From contig OZ024743.1 of assembly GCA_964016885.1 (NCBI GenBank), positions 106,516,001 to 106,580,000 of the forward strand: 64,000 nucleotides of DNA, read 5' to 3'. Under the pieces are notes generated by a model that worked only from the letters and a program-made list of their open reading frames with translations, did no database searches and was not told the DNA's origin. The first letter of the stretch is position 1, and every line of letters starts with the position of its first letter. Below are positions 14,447 through 27,630 of this stretch, piece after piece. This DNA comes from Eledone cirrhosa (lineage: Eukaryota). The position numbers and the translations under genes were made by a program.

Positions 14447-15449
14447 TTAATGCTTACATAATACACTCAGAAAACAAGGCCAACAGTGAACAAAACATCC
14501 AAAGGATAAGACACTCGGTTTCCAAACTAGTAAATAATACATTCATAAAAACAAAGCCAATCATGAACTAATTGTTTCTACTAGAACTAAGAGAGCCTCC
14601 AGAATCCCTACCTTGGATATCATCAATATTTCCCAATCCTTGAATCGCAAATGAGTATGAGGAAGACGGTATTTTTCAAGCCGAAGCTGTCAAATTACCC
14701 AGTTTGTGTATAAGAGTAGACCACAAAGCATAATAGTCTATACCAAGTAGACCACCACCATGAAAAAAAGATAAACTATTTAAACGTTAGACCTCTATTT
14801 CGCCTGAAGTAGTGTTTAGTACAAAAGAAAACCATGTTAACCAATTATATATATGGGGACAAGGATGCGTACTTCCTGATAGAACTGACGGGGGGGGATT
14901 TAACTTCCAGCGGCTGTTCGTCATTACAAATCTGGCGGAAATAATTCCCTTTCTAAATCTGAAAACAAATTGTGTTCTTCCTCACCGCATTATAGAGGGA
15001 ATACAAAAAAGAGAATATATATATATATATGAAGTTCATGTTTTTTGCGTCGCCATTTGATATCGTATTTTTGTGATATTCTTCTTCGGTTCATTTCGTT
15101 TATTTCTTTAATGGCTTAGGTAATAGTTAGTTTTTTGTGCTTTGTTGTACGGACTAGACCTCGCAATGCATGACATCTCGTCATCTAGGTATATGGTTTG
15201 GTGGTTTTTAAGCTACGAAAGGAATATAGAAGATGGAACACGGACTATTACGTGATGCAGTCGTATTCGCTACAGATAATAATAGATTTCTTAGTTTATA
15301 TTTTATAGAAACTACGTAATATGACAGCTGAAGCTTAAGAACATCTTTCTTCCCACTTTGGTTGGCGTTGCGGTCTGTGTTCAGTTTACCGAGTTTGGTG
15401 GGTTCGTCTCGGGTTAAGTTTAGGGTATTCTCTCGGTGTATTTTGGACA

Positions 15450-16016
15450 GTTTGCCTTTCATCCTTACGGGGTCGATAAAATAAAGTACCAGTAATGCAC
15501 TGGGTAATTGCTGGCCTTGTAACTAACGTAGAAACAATTATTTAGGGCGGTGGATTGGCAGAATCGGTAGAGTGTCAGACACCATACTTTGCAGCATAGC
15601 GTTATGGCCCTTTATATTCTGAGTTGAAATCCCGCCGAGTAGTTTAACTTTCATCCTTACGGGGTGTCAGGCACTGAGGTTGATTTAATCGACTTTCCCC
15701 TCCCCCAAAATTACTGGCCTTGTGCCTATATAAGAAACCATTATTATTGGTGGGTTGGCAGTATTGGTAGAGGGTCGGAGGCCATGCTTTGCAGCAAAGA
15801 GTTACGGCCCTTTATGGTCTGAGTTCAAATCCTGCCGAGGCTAACTTTGCCTTTCATCCTTACGGGGTCGATAAAATAAGGTACCAGTAATACAATGGAA
15901 TAATTACTGGCCTTGTGCCAAAAGTAAAAACAATTATTATTATTATTATTAGTAGTAGTAGTGAGGGCGGTGAATTGGCAGTATCGGTAGAGGGTCGGAC
16001 GCCATGCTTTGAAGCA
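15450..16016 (+). mobile_element. Head-to-tail cluster of four SINE copies or fragments
   Basis: 3' fragment 15450-15541, full copies ~15544-15745 and ~15748-15935, 5' fragment ~15965-16016. Confidence 0.8.
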
Positions 16017-17015
16017 TATATATGTGTGTGTATGTGTGTGTGTGTGTGTGAGTGTGTGTGCGCGTGTGTGTGTGTTTGTATTTATATATGTCTGTGTGTG
16101 TATGTATATAGGCAAATATAGAGAGGCATAGATAGACACATAAATAGATGTGTCAATAAATGCTTCTGCGTTGTTCATATTTTCCTTTTTGTATATGTGT
16201 TTATGTCCGTCTGGCTGTGATGAGACTTATTCAGTGGTGCACTATAGGAATTCGGTTTTCAATAGCTAAGTAGGACAGAATACTAGATGCTGAAGAAAAT
16301 TGAATTATTTTAGGACTATTTTGTTCTCGATTTGCCAAGCCATTCACCGCCCTCTACAATCCATTGCCGTTTCGTTTAGACTGCCCAAATGTAACCTCCT
16401 ATTAGTAATTGAGAAATTATTATTCCGATGCCGAAATAGGTGAGTATTCACCTTGCAGCACATTTGACATTTCAGAGATATTTACAATTACAGTTTATTC
16501 TCCTCCTTCGATTACTACTACTTCACCTTCTACCCTATCTTCATCCTACTTTTACGAACACATATTGTAAACACATATTTACACACACATTTATACACAT
16601 ACTCACAAGCGTACATACGAAAGAAAAGATGCAAACACGCATGCAATCTTCCTCTTTCTCGTACAAACACACACACACATATGTATATCTATATTTGTAT
16701 GCGTACAAAAATATATATGCACTCATATATCGATACATAGATGAACAACTGTGGTCATGTGCGGAGTTATATGGTTTTTGTTTTCAATTTGTGTGTCCGT
16801 GGAATTGTGTTGAACCTGTGTTTTTTTCCTTTCCATTTTTGTAGATGTATATATTTAAGTTACGATTAGTGTGATTTAAATACGAATGCCATATATTATA
16901 TAACTGGAAATATGTTGGCCCTGAACTCTTGATAAATAGTAAGGATGCCGATCTACACAGGCTACCACATAAGCGAATACTCTGAAATGTATATATATGT
17001 ATAAATATATATATG

Positions 17016-17069
<54 letters not shown>

Positions 17070-17090
17070 CACACACACCCATACACACAC

Positions 17091-17154
<64 letters not shown>

Positions 17155-17166
17155 TAATATACATAC

Positions 17167-17225
<59 letters not shown>

Positions 17226-17376
17226 ACGAAGGAAATGTGGTAAGGAACCAGGTGGACCATAACGCACCAAAGTGCCCAATACTTAGGGTAGTAGAGTGGG
17301 TAATAGGAACAAGTAAGACCCCGACGGCTGAGCTCAAGCCCTTTCGACGGCTAATTCTGTACTCAGTACAGAATTA
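17226..17376 (-). mobile_element. Family A cassette, truncated inside a long hairpin
   Basis: Minus strand: taattctgtac-tga-gtacagaatta-gccgtc-GAAA-gggcttgagctcagcc-GTC^ggggtc. Flanked by (TA)n. Confidence 0.7.
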
Positions 17377-17484
17377 TATATATATATATATACATTTATA
17401 TATATATTGATATTCGTATATACATTTTATTAATATACATATATACATTTATATATATATTAATATACATATATATATATATAT

Positions 17485-17530
<46 letters not shown>

Positions 17531-17538
<8 letters not shown>

Positions 17539-18150
17539 CGTAAAATAAGAAAATTATTAAATTAACTTACTTACTAAAATATCACTTCCAACTACTTAGT
17601 TTCTGGAATGGAATAAATATATTTTCCGAAGAAGATACAGCATTCCGTCGTCACGCAGGTCTATTCTCATCTAAGTATCCAGGTAAAGCGTGGACACTGG
17701 AAACTTATTAAAAAATAATTCAGTGGATAGGAAATAGCAAAGCGTGGACTGAATTCCTAGCCATTGAGAAAATCACTGCCTCTGCGTCGGTGGCAAATTC
17801 AAAAAGAATCAATCACGTGACATCGAGGTCAATCAGTGGAAAGTGGTTTGCTAATAAGACAGCGGCCTGCTACCATAGCGGCAGTCATGGCCAATATAGC
17901 TCGACAAATAATTTGGAGATAATTATAAAGAATTAATATCTAGTAACATATATATACATACAGAGCAATATCAATGCTAGCAAATATATAGGTTTTGTCT
18001 TAGTAACTTTGTGGCTCAATGCATGGGGTTGCAGAACAATAATATGAGAGACGTAAAATAAGAAAATTATAAAATTAACTTACTTACTAAAATATCACTT
18101 CCAACTAATTAGTTTCTGGAATGGAATAAATATATTTTCCGAAGAAGATA
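17531..18150 (-). mobile_element. Family M partial-tandem cassette (~513-bp period) with degenerate hammerhead at 17588-17659
   Basis: ~107-bp direct repeat at 17531 and 18044. Minus strand: GTGACGA-CGGAATG...CATTCCA-GAAAC-TAA-GTA (C3 is mutated). Confidence 0.6.
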
Positions 18151-18208
18151 TATATATTAACATCTCATTACAGTTGAAAAATGCAAACTTTACTCTCACC
18201 ACAGAATA

Positions 18209-18247
18209 TGAACCTGAAGATTGGGAAAGCATGAAAGTACTTGTTCA
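18209..18247 (+). ncRNA. Minimal type I hammerhead in the 5' pLTR
   Basis: TGAAC-CTGAAGA-TTGG gaaa GCAT-GAAA-GTAC-TT^GTTCA. Helix III is the palindrome AGTACT. One mismatch in helix II. Confidence 0.7.
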
Positions 18248-19675
18248 ATTAACACTTAACATTTAATATTCTACCATACTATTTCATTGTAATATCATTA
18301 TAATTTTAAAGGATTGTAAATAAAACGAGTAAATCAGAGAGGTTGGAATTCCTTTTATTAATATAATCTTCTATACACAATCATACACACTCGTGTATAT
18401 TTATTTTTATATATATATATATTCCTATTATGTATATGCCAACATGTCGGGAAAGCAACACATGAAATCAACAGAATCAGAAAGAATTCTAAAGGAGATA
18501 TCATCGAAATTCTTAACAATTATAACGATGATTGACACTCATTCCTCTATTTTAAGGAAATAGAAAACAATCTACAGACGGAAAACTTATAACTGAACAT
18601 ATAAACTCCGAAATTAAGAATTTAGCTGAAATTATACCAACAGTTATCAAAGATACAAGAGAAAGCCTACCATAACCCGTTTGGTTGTCAGAACTAAACG
18701 AAAGAAATTTTGAAAACAAAACACATCGAATAAGAAAAGAAATGTGGAAGACATGGAAACAATTTCTTAACATAAGAAAACATAACTTCTGGAAACCATA
18801 CACATGCGAAAAATATGTCGAAACACATTCGAAAGGGCTCTCTCTAACGGCACCCATACTCCCTCGTAAATACCTAATGACAGAAATAGCAGGACAACCA
18901 GAAGACGAAACAAAACTCCGATGTGAACTTACATTGACAATATTCAGGACCGACATCACCATTACTCAATGTAAACAAAGCCAAATACGAAGCTATCGAT
19001 GACCAAATTGAAGCCGAAATTTCAAAGCTAACGACTAATAATCTAGCTGAAAAACTACGAGAACTATGGATCAGAGATATCTCAAAAGAAGAAAGCAAAT
19101 CAAGAAAGTTATGGCAGCAGAAACAATTATTTCTGGAATATGCTACAAATTACGGTAAAGACTATGGAACTCTGAGAAAAAGCATTAAAAGTGGACAATC
19201 TCGTCAACACAACATACGCCAGAACACGTGGCAAAACAAACACTCATCTCACATTGAATCAAAGAAGTACTACGGTAAGAACTCTTCGCCTTTTCTACAA
19301 CGCACACAACATGAACAAAAAGCACAAACACGATATATATTCCTTTGGTCAGATCATGAGAAGTAGTAAAACCAGGAGATCATTCTCAAGATCTCAACAG
19401 AGACTACCCACAAGGAACGGGGGAAAAACCGTAGATTAACCAGATCACTCTCAAGATCTCAACAGAGATTACCCACAAAAAACTGGGCGAAAACACGATC
19501 TAAACCTGAAGCAAACCTAGGTCATTTTCCCAGATTGTTAAAAATAATGCTAACAAGAAATGGAAAAATAATATACATAATACCAAAAATAGGACAAAGA
19601 CATAACGAAACTAAATATAATAACACGACCAAAAGTTCATCAAGCAAACACCAACAGGAATATAAATCCTGAACA

Positions 19676-21979
19676 GTGAAAAATCCATTTTTTAACGCCA
19701 TGACAATAAAAATCGGAAAAAGAAAAACTCCAGGAGGAAATATACCCAAAACAACTGAACACATAGATCCTAAAATAATTAATTTATCCAAACGAGTTCT
19801 TGACAATGATGAAATGCAAATTCTGCCAAAAGGACAGAAATTCACAACGACTCCAACAGTCAACCACCAAGAACTGAAGGAGGATACCCAAGAATTCTGT
19901 CGAAAATTACGACTTGTAGAATTCTTCGCTGATAAAAGTAATGAGAGTGGTGAATCACTAGTAAAGAATAAATCAAATTTCACTCCACCAAAAGGAAGAA
20001 ATATCTATCTCGACCAATACATTGACATCCTGTCTAAATATCCTCTTAGACGTAATACTAATGTTAGGCCAAACATTAACAAATCGGAAATGTCTGCACT
20101 TAAACGTATACAAAATGATAAAACAATAATAATTAAACAAGCAGATAAATGGGGTGCAATTGTTATAATAGATGCTGAATACTACAAGGATTTGGCTGAG
20201 GGACAACTGAAAGACACAACATTCTATCATGAAATACCGTCAAATATAGACCACAACATCATGAGGAATATCAACAACCTGGCCTCAAAATACTACAACT
20301 AACTTACTGATAAGGAAAGATACTATATCACCAATTGTGAGCCAAAACACAGCAACCTGTATGGCCTACCGAAAGTTCATAAGTCAAAAGAAATCCAACT
20401 GGCAGTAAAGAACAAAAAAGTGAGTACATTAAATTACTACACCCAATAGACTTAAAACTTAGACCTATTATATCTGGTCCAACATGCCCTCTCCACCATC
20501 TAAGCAATTTTGTTGACATTATTTTGAAACCACAATGTATTCACATACCCAGTTTCATCCGGGATGATATCGACTTCCTGTCCCATCTTCCCAAAACCAC
20601 GGAAACGAATTCGCTTCTACTTAGTTTGGATGTGGTAAGCCTTTACACCAACATTACACATGATAAAGGCGGTTAAATACTGGGTGGAAAAACATAGAGA
20701 AGTGATTCCCACCTGATTGACACCGCCATTTATATTAGACGCAGTCAAACTTATTCTGGAAAACAACACTTTCTTCTTCAATGGAAAGAATTACATCCAA
20801 ATTAGAGGCACAGTAATGGGAACGAAGTTTGCTACTGTTTACGCGAACTCTGTAATGGGATACTTAGAACAACAACTCTACCAAGAAATAGAGGAAAAAT
20901 ATAGCACTGGCTTTAGAAAGTACATTGAAAAGTCTTCGGAGAGATACTTTGTCGAATGTTTCATCATCTGGACAAAATCTCTAGATACTCTGGATGAGTT
21001 TAATATCCTCCTGAATAACCTACACCCGTCTTTTCAATTCACAAAGGTGATGAGTAGTATCAAATTACCATTCCTAGATATAATGGTAATCAAAAACGAC
21101 ACCACCATTACCACCGATATATGTTATAAACACAGACACCCATCAATATCTGAATTTTAAGTCATGCTATCCACCTCATACAAAACGCAACATCCCATAC
21201 TGCCTAGCCAGAAGAATTTGTACCATTGTAGAATATACGAATACCAGGAACAAGCGCCTAACAGAATTGAGAGAATTTTTGCTCAAACAAAAATACCCAT
21301 CTCTACTTATAGAAAATGGCATACGGCGAGCTATAAAAATAGCTATACAACAACTTAGGACAACCCAAGTAAGAATAAACCAACAACTGGTCATACCATT
21401 TACAACCCATGTCACCAGAATATATTCAACACTGCCAAAGAAAACCTACCGATCACTGCTCAAAGTAATGAATTAAAAGGTTTAATCACAGACCGAGCTG
21501 TGACTCTTAGTAAAAGACAGCCGAAAAATGTGAAGCAATTACTAACAAGGGCAAAGTTTGACCTTAACATCAAAGACCAATAATTCACTGTATCTAAATG
21601 CATTGATAGTCTTTGTGGCACATGTCAATCAATACACACTGGTGAATATATGAACACAAATACTGGAAAAATATTCCCAAATGCAAATATGAACTGCAAA
21701 AGCAGAAATCTAATTTACTGCATTAAATGCCCGAATTGTGAAAAATTGTATGTCGGTCAAACTGGAAATGCACTATCGGATCGTGCACGGGTGCACCGAC
21801 AGCAAATCAGAGAACCACATGTCCGTCAGATACCCCTGAGTAACCATCTAGCAACATGTGGTCAGAAAATATTTATAATATTTCCATTCTACAAATTATA
21901 CAGCCCAAGTGAAATCAAGAGAAAAATTAAAGAAAATAATTTTATTGATAAATTCAAACCCAAGCTAAAAGAACAATAA
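19676..21979 (+). pseudogene. PLE reverse transcriptase + Cys-rich linker + GIY-YIG endonuclease, frameshifted and with stops
   Basis: Motifs IINLS..KGQKF..FCRKLRL.EFF, IIIKQADKWGAIVI, YGLPKVHK, LRPIIS, LDVVSLYTNI, YIQIRGTVMGT, RYFVEC (decayed YxDD), LPFLDI, CxxxxCxxC and NLIYCIKCPNCEKLYVGQT. Upstream 18550-19670 is probably the decayed N-terminus. Confidence 0.93.
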
Positions 21980-22377
21980 TAATGTTTAGGAGTATTACTC
22001 CTACTATGACTACGCCTACGACCATGTCGACTACCACCACTAACAACACCAACAACAATAATAATAATAATAAAAGTGATGTTGATGGGGATGATTACTG
22101 AATTTTTTTATAAAAGCCTTAGAAAATGCTATTTTCATTATTTCTAAAAATAGCAAAACAATTGATGCTTTCGATAGGGTCAAATAGAAGTCGTTAGACA
22201 TGCTTAACCAACCGTGATGCGTAAATCAATCAGCTTTAGTAATCCAGTGAAACTACACACCGTTTGGTCGAAATACAGTTTGCAAAACTTAGCATTCTGT
22301 AGCCGCTTTTTACTGTATATAAGGCACACAATCCCATTACAGTTGAAAATTGCAAACTTGACTGTCACCAGAGAATA

Positions 22378-22416
22378 TGAACCTGAAGATTGCGAAAGCA
22401 TGAAAGTAGTTGTTCA
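22378..22416 (+). ncRNA. Minimal type I hammerhead in the 3' pLTR
   Basis: TGAAC-CTGAAGA-TTGC gaaa GCAT-GAAA-GTAG-TT^GTTCA. Helix II is intact and helix III has one change versus the 5' copy. Confidence 0.7.
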
Positions 22417-22532
22417 CTTAACATTTAATATTCTACCATACTATTTCATTATAATATCAGTATAATTTTAAAGGATTGTAAATAAAACGAGTAAATCAAC
22501 AAAGTTGGAATTCCTTTTATTAATATAATATA

Positions 22533-22606
<74 letters not shown>

Positions 22607-22662
22607 TTATATATACATTTATATATATACATATATAATATATATGTATGTATATATATATA

Positions 22663-23723
22663 CAAGGTGGGGAATACAAATTGTTGCAAAATGAAATGCA
22701 AATAGTTTTTGAAAAAAATCGAGAGGTTTGAGATCTGGTGATGTGGGCGGTGGGGGGGGGGGGGCATTCTTCCTTACTCATCCATGCAGGACAATGATCT
22801 CTACACCACTGTTGTGTTACGCAAGCAGTGTGGCTCGTCCCTCCATCTTGTTGTAGATTCCAATTGTCATCGCCATAAACAGATATGCACCATGGCATCA
22901 GTGCTCCTTCCAAAATATCCTTTATGCAAAGTTCTTTGTTAATTTTAACTCCTTGAGGCACACAAATCAGAGGAGACTTCCCTCTTTCAGAAATGGTTGC
23001 CCAAACCATCAGGGATGCTGGTTTCTGTGTTCTGAACACTTTTCCTACATTTGAAGGAATTGATTTGAGACTTTTTGCAAGTACTCGATCATGTTGATGA
23101 TGGTGAGACTGCTGCACAGTGAATAACTTCTCATCTGTAAATATGATGTTTTGCAGCGTGCCATCCTACATACGGTATCAATAACAGTTTACTTCTGGAG
23201 AGTCTCTTTTCAATTGTGACTACAGAAAGAAGCTGCCTAATTTGGAACTTATTGGGTGACATCCCAAGATCATCTCGACATATTCTCCGCATAGTTCTCG
23301 GGGATGTTTCTGCTTCTTCTGCCATTTTTCTAATGGACCTTCTTGGATTGGGGCCTATTTTTTCCCTCACACTTGTAACGAGTGTTGGTGTTCTTCAGGT
23401 GCGAGGGCGTCCGGATTGAGGTCTGTCTTTGGCGAGGAAGTTTCCTTAAATCGATCGATTGTCCTTTTGATCAACATTCTATTGATCTTAAGAATTTTCC
23501 CCAGATTAAATATCTTGGGTGGAGTCAGGCCTTTTTCATGCTTCTCTATAATGAACTTTCTTTTCAATTCTATGGACATTGCAAATAGTTAATACGGTAA
23601 TGTTCTGAAAAATAGTTAATATGGTTATAGTGCATGAATTTCCTACAAATATATTAGTTATATTAGCAACATACGGTATTTTTAAATTGATTTAGAACTT
23701 TGTAACAGGAATTATGCCCCAGC

Positions 23724-23726
<3 letters not shown>
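22663..23726 (-). mobile_element. Tc1/mariner transposon of the maT (DD37D) type, decayed and lacking the C-terminus
   Basis: Frameshifted transposase: MSIELKR..., NPRRSIRKMA, IFTDEKLFT, VWATIS, VKIN, QQDGGTSH, SPDLKPLDF. Imperfect TIRs CAAGGTGGGGAATA / CAGGCTGGGGCATA, each flanked by TA. Confidence 0.9.
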
Positions 23727-23790
<64 letters not shown>

Positions 23791-23794
<4 letters not shown>

Positions 23795-24111
23795 AACGAG
23801 TAGGAACCCGACGGCTGAGCTCCAGCCGTTTCGACGGCTAATTCTGGTGAATTGGAAAAGAGTCAGTACCCACTCTTTTCTCCTATTAACCACTCTACTA
23901 CCCTAAGTATCAAGTACTCTGGTGCGTTAGGGTCCACATGATTCGTTACCACACTTTCTTTGTTTTATACACACATATATATATATATATATATATGTAT
24001 AAAACAAAGAAAGTGTGGTAAAGAATCATGTGGACCCTAACGCACCAGAGTACTCGATACTTAGGGTAGTAGAGTGGTTAATAGGAGAAAAGAGTAGGTA
24101 CTGACTCTTTT

Positions 24112-24115
<4 letters not shown>
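23791..24115. mobile_element. Family A fragments arranged as a palindrome around a (TA)n tract
   Basis: Arms ~23853-23969 / ~23997-24113 are reverse complements with a few mismatches. Confidence 0.75.
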
Positions 24116-24150
<35 letters not shown>

Positions 24151-24874
24151 GTGTGTGTGTGTGTGTGTATATATATATACATATACGTTTGTCCGGGTAA
24201 ATATAACATACATGTTTTCATACATATAACACCACTTTTTTGTATAATGTTCCTCCTTCCTCTTCTTTTGAAATATATTAAATAACATTTACAATAATCA
24301 AATGCCATTTTATGCACAGACAAGTAGTATGAAGGAGATAAATCACACAATGTCACTTAGTGTGTAAGTGAATTTGGATGAAACTGGGTGGGGTAAGACA
24401 ATCAGATATTACCTCTTTGTAAGTATGTTTCTCTGAGAGAGCTTAAAACTCAAAAACAACAACTACTTATCAGATTTACACCTTAAGGCAGACTCTCTAA
24501 AGTTAAAATATCTTGACTTTTCTGTCAAATCAACTAGATTTATAAAAGTGTTATTTTAATATTTACCACAATGGTTTCTCCTTTTGATTCTCATCTTCAG
24601 TGAACACCCTACCTTCAACTCTTATCCAACAATAATCTTATAAAAACATGAAATGAACTAAAATAACCGCACCCTTTCTGCAGGATGAATCATACAAATA
24701 TTGTTTCTTATAATGTCGTCCGGGTTAACCGTACTACTAAAAAGTCTCAAGATTAATGGGCTCTCATAAAAATACGTCGTTTGTACATCCATGTATGAAC
24801 AACATATGCATGTGTCTATAAGTCAACGTTTGTATACCGGTGGATAAGTTGAGCACTGCAAGTATATTTGTGTA

Positions 24875-24999
24875 TATTATAAAGTATCTAATATTAACAA
24901 ACAAAAATGCAGTCAGTCATGTAGATATATCCTTATATATAAATATACATGTGATTTGAGATATATCCGTATATCTTTATATATATGCATATCATTTGA

Positions 25000-25035
<36 letters not shown>

Positions 25036-25153
25036 TCAAATGATATATAAAGATATGCGAATATATCTCAAATCACATGCATATATATATATAAGGATAT
25101 ATCTACATGTCTGACTGCATTTTTGTTTATTAATATTAGATGTCTTTATAATA
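24875..25153. repeat. Long inverted repeat centred on (TA)n
   Basis: ~120-bp arms (…aatgcagtcag.catgtagatatatcc… / …ggatatatctacatg.ctgactgcatt…). Confidence 0.85.
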
Positions 25154-25543
25154 TAATATATGTATATATACATATGTGAGTGTGTTTGTGTGTATAGGTG
25201 AATGGCATTATATGCCATTATGTTGCTTGAATGGTACAACAACTAATGAGACGCACTATATATTAAATGAACAAGTATCTTAGTGATAGAGGAATTTTCA
25301 GGACTAGCGTCGTTATATTCAGTGAAGAAATGTAGAAGATCCCCGGAGATTAACGAAACTGATATGCAGCACTAGTCAGTGCTTCGAATTTCCTGTTGCC
25401 GATTTCTGGATAAGATATAGAGAGATTCCATCAGTGGTACATTCATGGTCAATGTCTGATTGAATAACTGATTAAAGGGATACTGAAAAGTTTAGATAAT
25501 ATCTCTCACACATTCTAACTCTCTCCCTCACTCTCTCTCTAAC

Positions 25544-25582
<39 letters not shown>

Positions 25583-25607
25583 TACATATATGTATATGTT
25601 TGTGTGG

Positions 25608-25695
<88 letters not shown>

Positions 25696-25697
25696 TT

Positions 25698-25749
<52 letters not shown>

Positions 25750-25753
<4 letters not shown>

Positions 25754-26327
25754 GTATGGGTTTAGCGAACATTTATTATACTGTTCAGTTTGTTTGTAAA
25801 CAAACATCCCGAATTACGCCGTACAGTGTTTGGAAAACCAGCCTCGCCTTTTTGTACAACACTGACACGGGAACGATGTACTAGTTTCAAGAGTATTGGC
25901 TATTGTCAGCATCGTATACCTTTCTGTCAGATGATTGAACGTTTCAAAGTATATACTTTCCTTATGCATATTAATGGCTGAGCAGATAATTTGCATATCG
26001 AATGAGTTAATCGGCCGTGCGAACCGAAAACGATGAATGGAAAAGGATGAAGCGAAATTTCATTTCTCACTCTTAGTACGGCTGATACTTAAATGTAAGT
26101 AGGTACACCTACATACATAATTGTATACAGACGCACAGTAGTATGTATATATATATATATACATACATGTACACATATATATATATATATGCACGTATGG
26201 GTTTAACGAATATTTATTAATAAAAAAAAGGCGACGATGTTTTCCAAACACTGTACGGCGTAATTCGGGCTGTTTGTTTACAAACAAACCGAACATTATA
26301 ATAAATGTTCGGTAAACCCATACGTGC

Positions 26328-26328
<1 letters not shown>
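25750..26328. mobile_element. MITE-like element with ~90-bp TIRs inserted in (TA)n; extra partial TIR at 26191
   Basis: GCACGTATGGGTTTA.CGAACATTTATTATA...GAATTACGCCGTACAGTGTTTGGAAAAC occurs at 25750 and reverse-complemented at ~26239-26328. Confidence 0.6.
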
Positions 26329-26394
<66 letters not shown>

Positions 26395-26453
26395 CTACTG
26401 TCCGTCTGTATACATATAAGTATGTACGTGTACATACTTACATTTATATATTT

Positions 26454-26501
<48 letters not shown>

Positions 26502-26504
<3 letters not shown>

Positions 26505-26910
26505 ATCTTAATAAATGGAAACTATATTTATAAAACCATATTTATTTTATTATATATATTTCAAGGGCAACCAAGGCAACTTATGGTGCGCTTTAATCAG
26601 ATAAAGGCCACCTTAACGGTTGGAGCTTCCTGGATAGACTATCCAAGAAGCTCCAACCGTTAAGGTTGTCTTTCTTTCCAGGTATGTCAATATTTATTTA
26701 TACAACATATCCGTATTTTATCTGATGACAGCGCACCATAATTTGACTTGGTTGCCCTTGAAATATATATAATAAAATAAATATGGTTTTATAAATATAG
26801 TTTCCATTTATTAATATATTGTGTATTTTCTCCACTAACTTATTGAGTGCTTTATATCAGTTATAAAAATCTTTAAGCTTGTTGAATCCCAACAAATTAA
26901 ATATAACCTC

Positions 26911-26913
<3 letters not shown>
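26502..26913. mobile_element. Family H fold-back cassette
   Basis: Inverted arms ~26502-26606 / ~26717-26822, a nested hairpin at 26610-26667, and a tail with TATTGAGTGC. (TA)n flanks. Confidence 0.75.
26714..26779 (+). ncRNA. Type I hammerhead, long helix II (family H)
   Basis: TATTTTAT-CTGATGA-CAGCGCACCA..TGGTTGCCCTT-GAAA-TATATA-TA^ATAAAATA. Helix I is 8 bp. Confidence 0.75.
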
Positions 26914-26943
<30 letters not shown>

Positions 26944-26947
<4 letters not shown>

Positions 26948-27630
26948 GAAAAGTATAGAAATTATTGTAGCAAGAAGCCAACAGTATTCCATAATATATA
27001 AGTGACTATAAGGTCAAAATGGCAAAAACGTAAGATGTGGGAAAAATAATTCAAGCTCAATTCAAAAAGAATCAGGATATATATTTATGCAACAGAATTT
27101 AGTGAAATCCAGGGAAATATCAATAGAGCCTTAACTCATGATAAAATAAAGTTTAAAATACTCATCCTTCAATTTGGAACAACTACAAATGCTCTGTATA
27201 GTCTTGAAAAGACTATTTCACGAAAACATTCAGTGGGGATGGTCACGGTTGGAATATAATCGTCAGCAGAGCTCAACATGATAACAAAAATCTCACTTAT
27301 TAATATGCCAAAAAGGGAATTTAAAAGCAGTCTAGTTTAATATCATGCGCGATTATGAAATTAAAACGCACATGTGGAAAAACAGGGCTGGTGATGTTAG
27401 AATGAGACGAATGTTGGTTTACATGAAACAACAGTCAAAAACATTCCGAAAAAAACTCTACAATAAGGAGTTCAGCAAAAAGCAATATCATCGCGATTTT
27501 ATTTTTTAAATACCGGGATTAGTCCCAAATAATTTAAGCACTCTAGGAAAGAAATCCGAGTTTATATATATAAATGAAAAGTATAGAAATTATTGTAGCA
27601 AGAAGCCAACAGTATTCCATAATATATAAT
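26944..27630 (-). mobile_element. Family L partial-tandem cassette (~627-bp period)
   Basis: ~57-bp direct repeat at 26944 and 27571. (TA)n flanks. One internal hammerhead. Confidence 0.7.
27191..27272 (-). ncRNA. Type I hammerhead (family L)
   Basis: Minus strand: GCTCTG-CTGACGA-ttATATTC...GAATGTtttcgt-GAAA-TAGTCTT ttc AAGACTA-TA^CAGAGC. The base of helix II is imperfect. Confidence 0.7.

Larger units (their letters stand above)
18166..22529 (+). mobile_element. Penelope-like retroelement (Neptune-type), near full length, with ~200-bp direct terminal repeats (18166-18367, 22335-22529)
   Basis: Disrupted RT and GIY-YIG ORFs lie between direct repeats that each contain a hammerhead. The 3' end runs into (TA)n. 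Confidence 0.92.
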
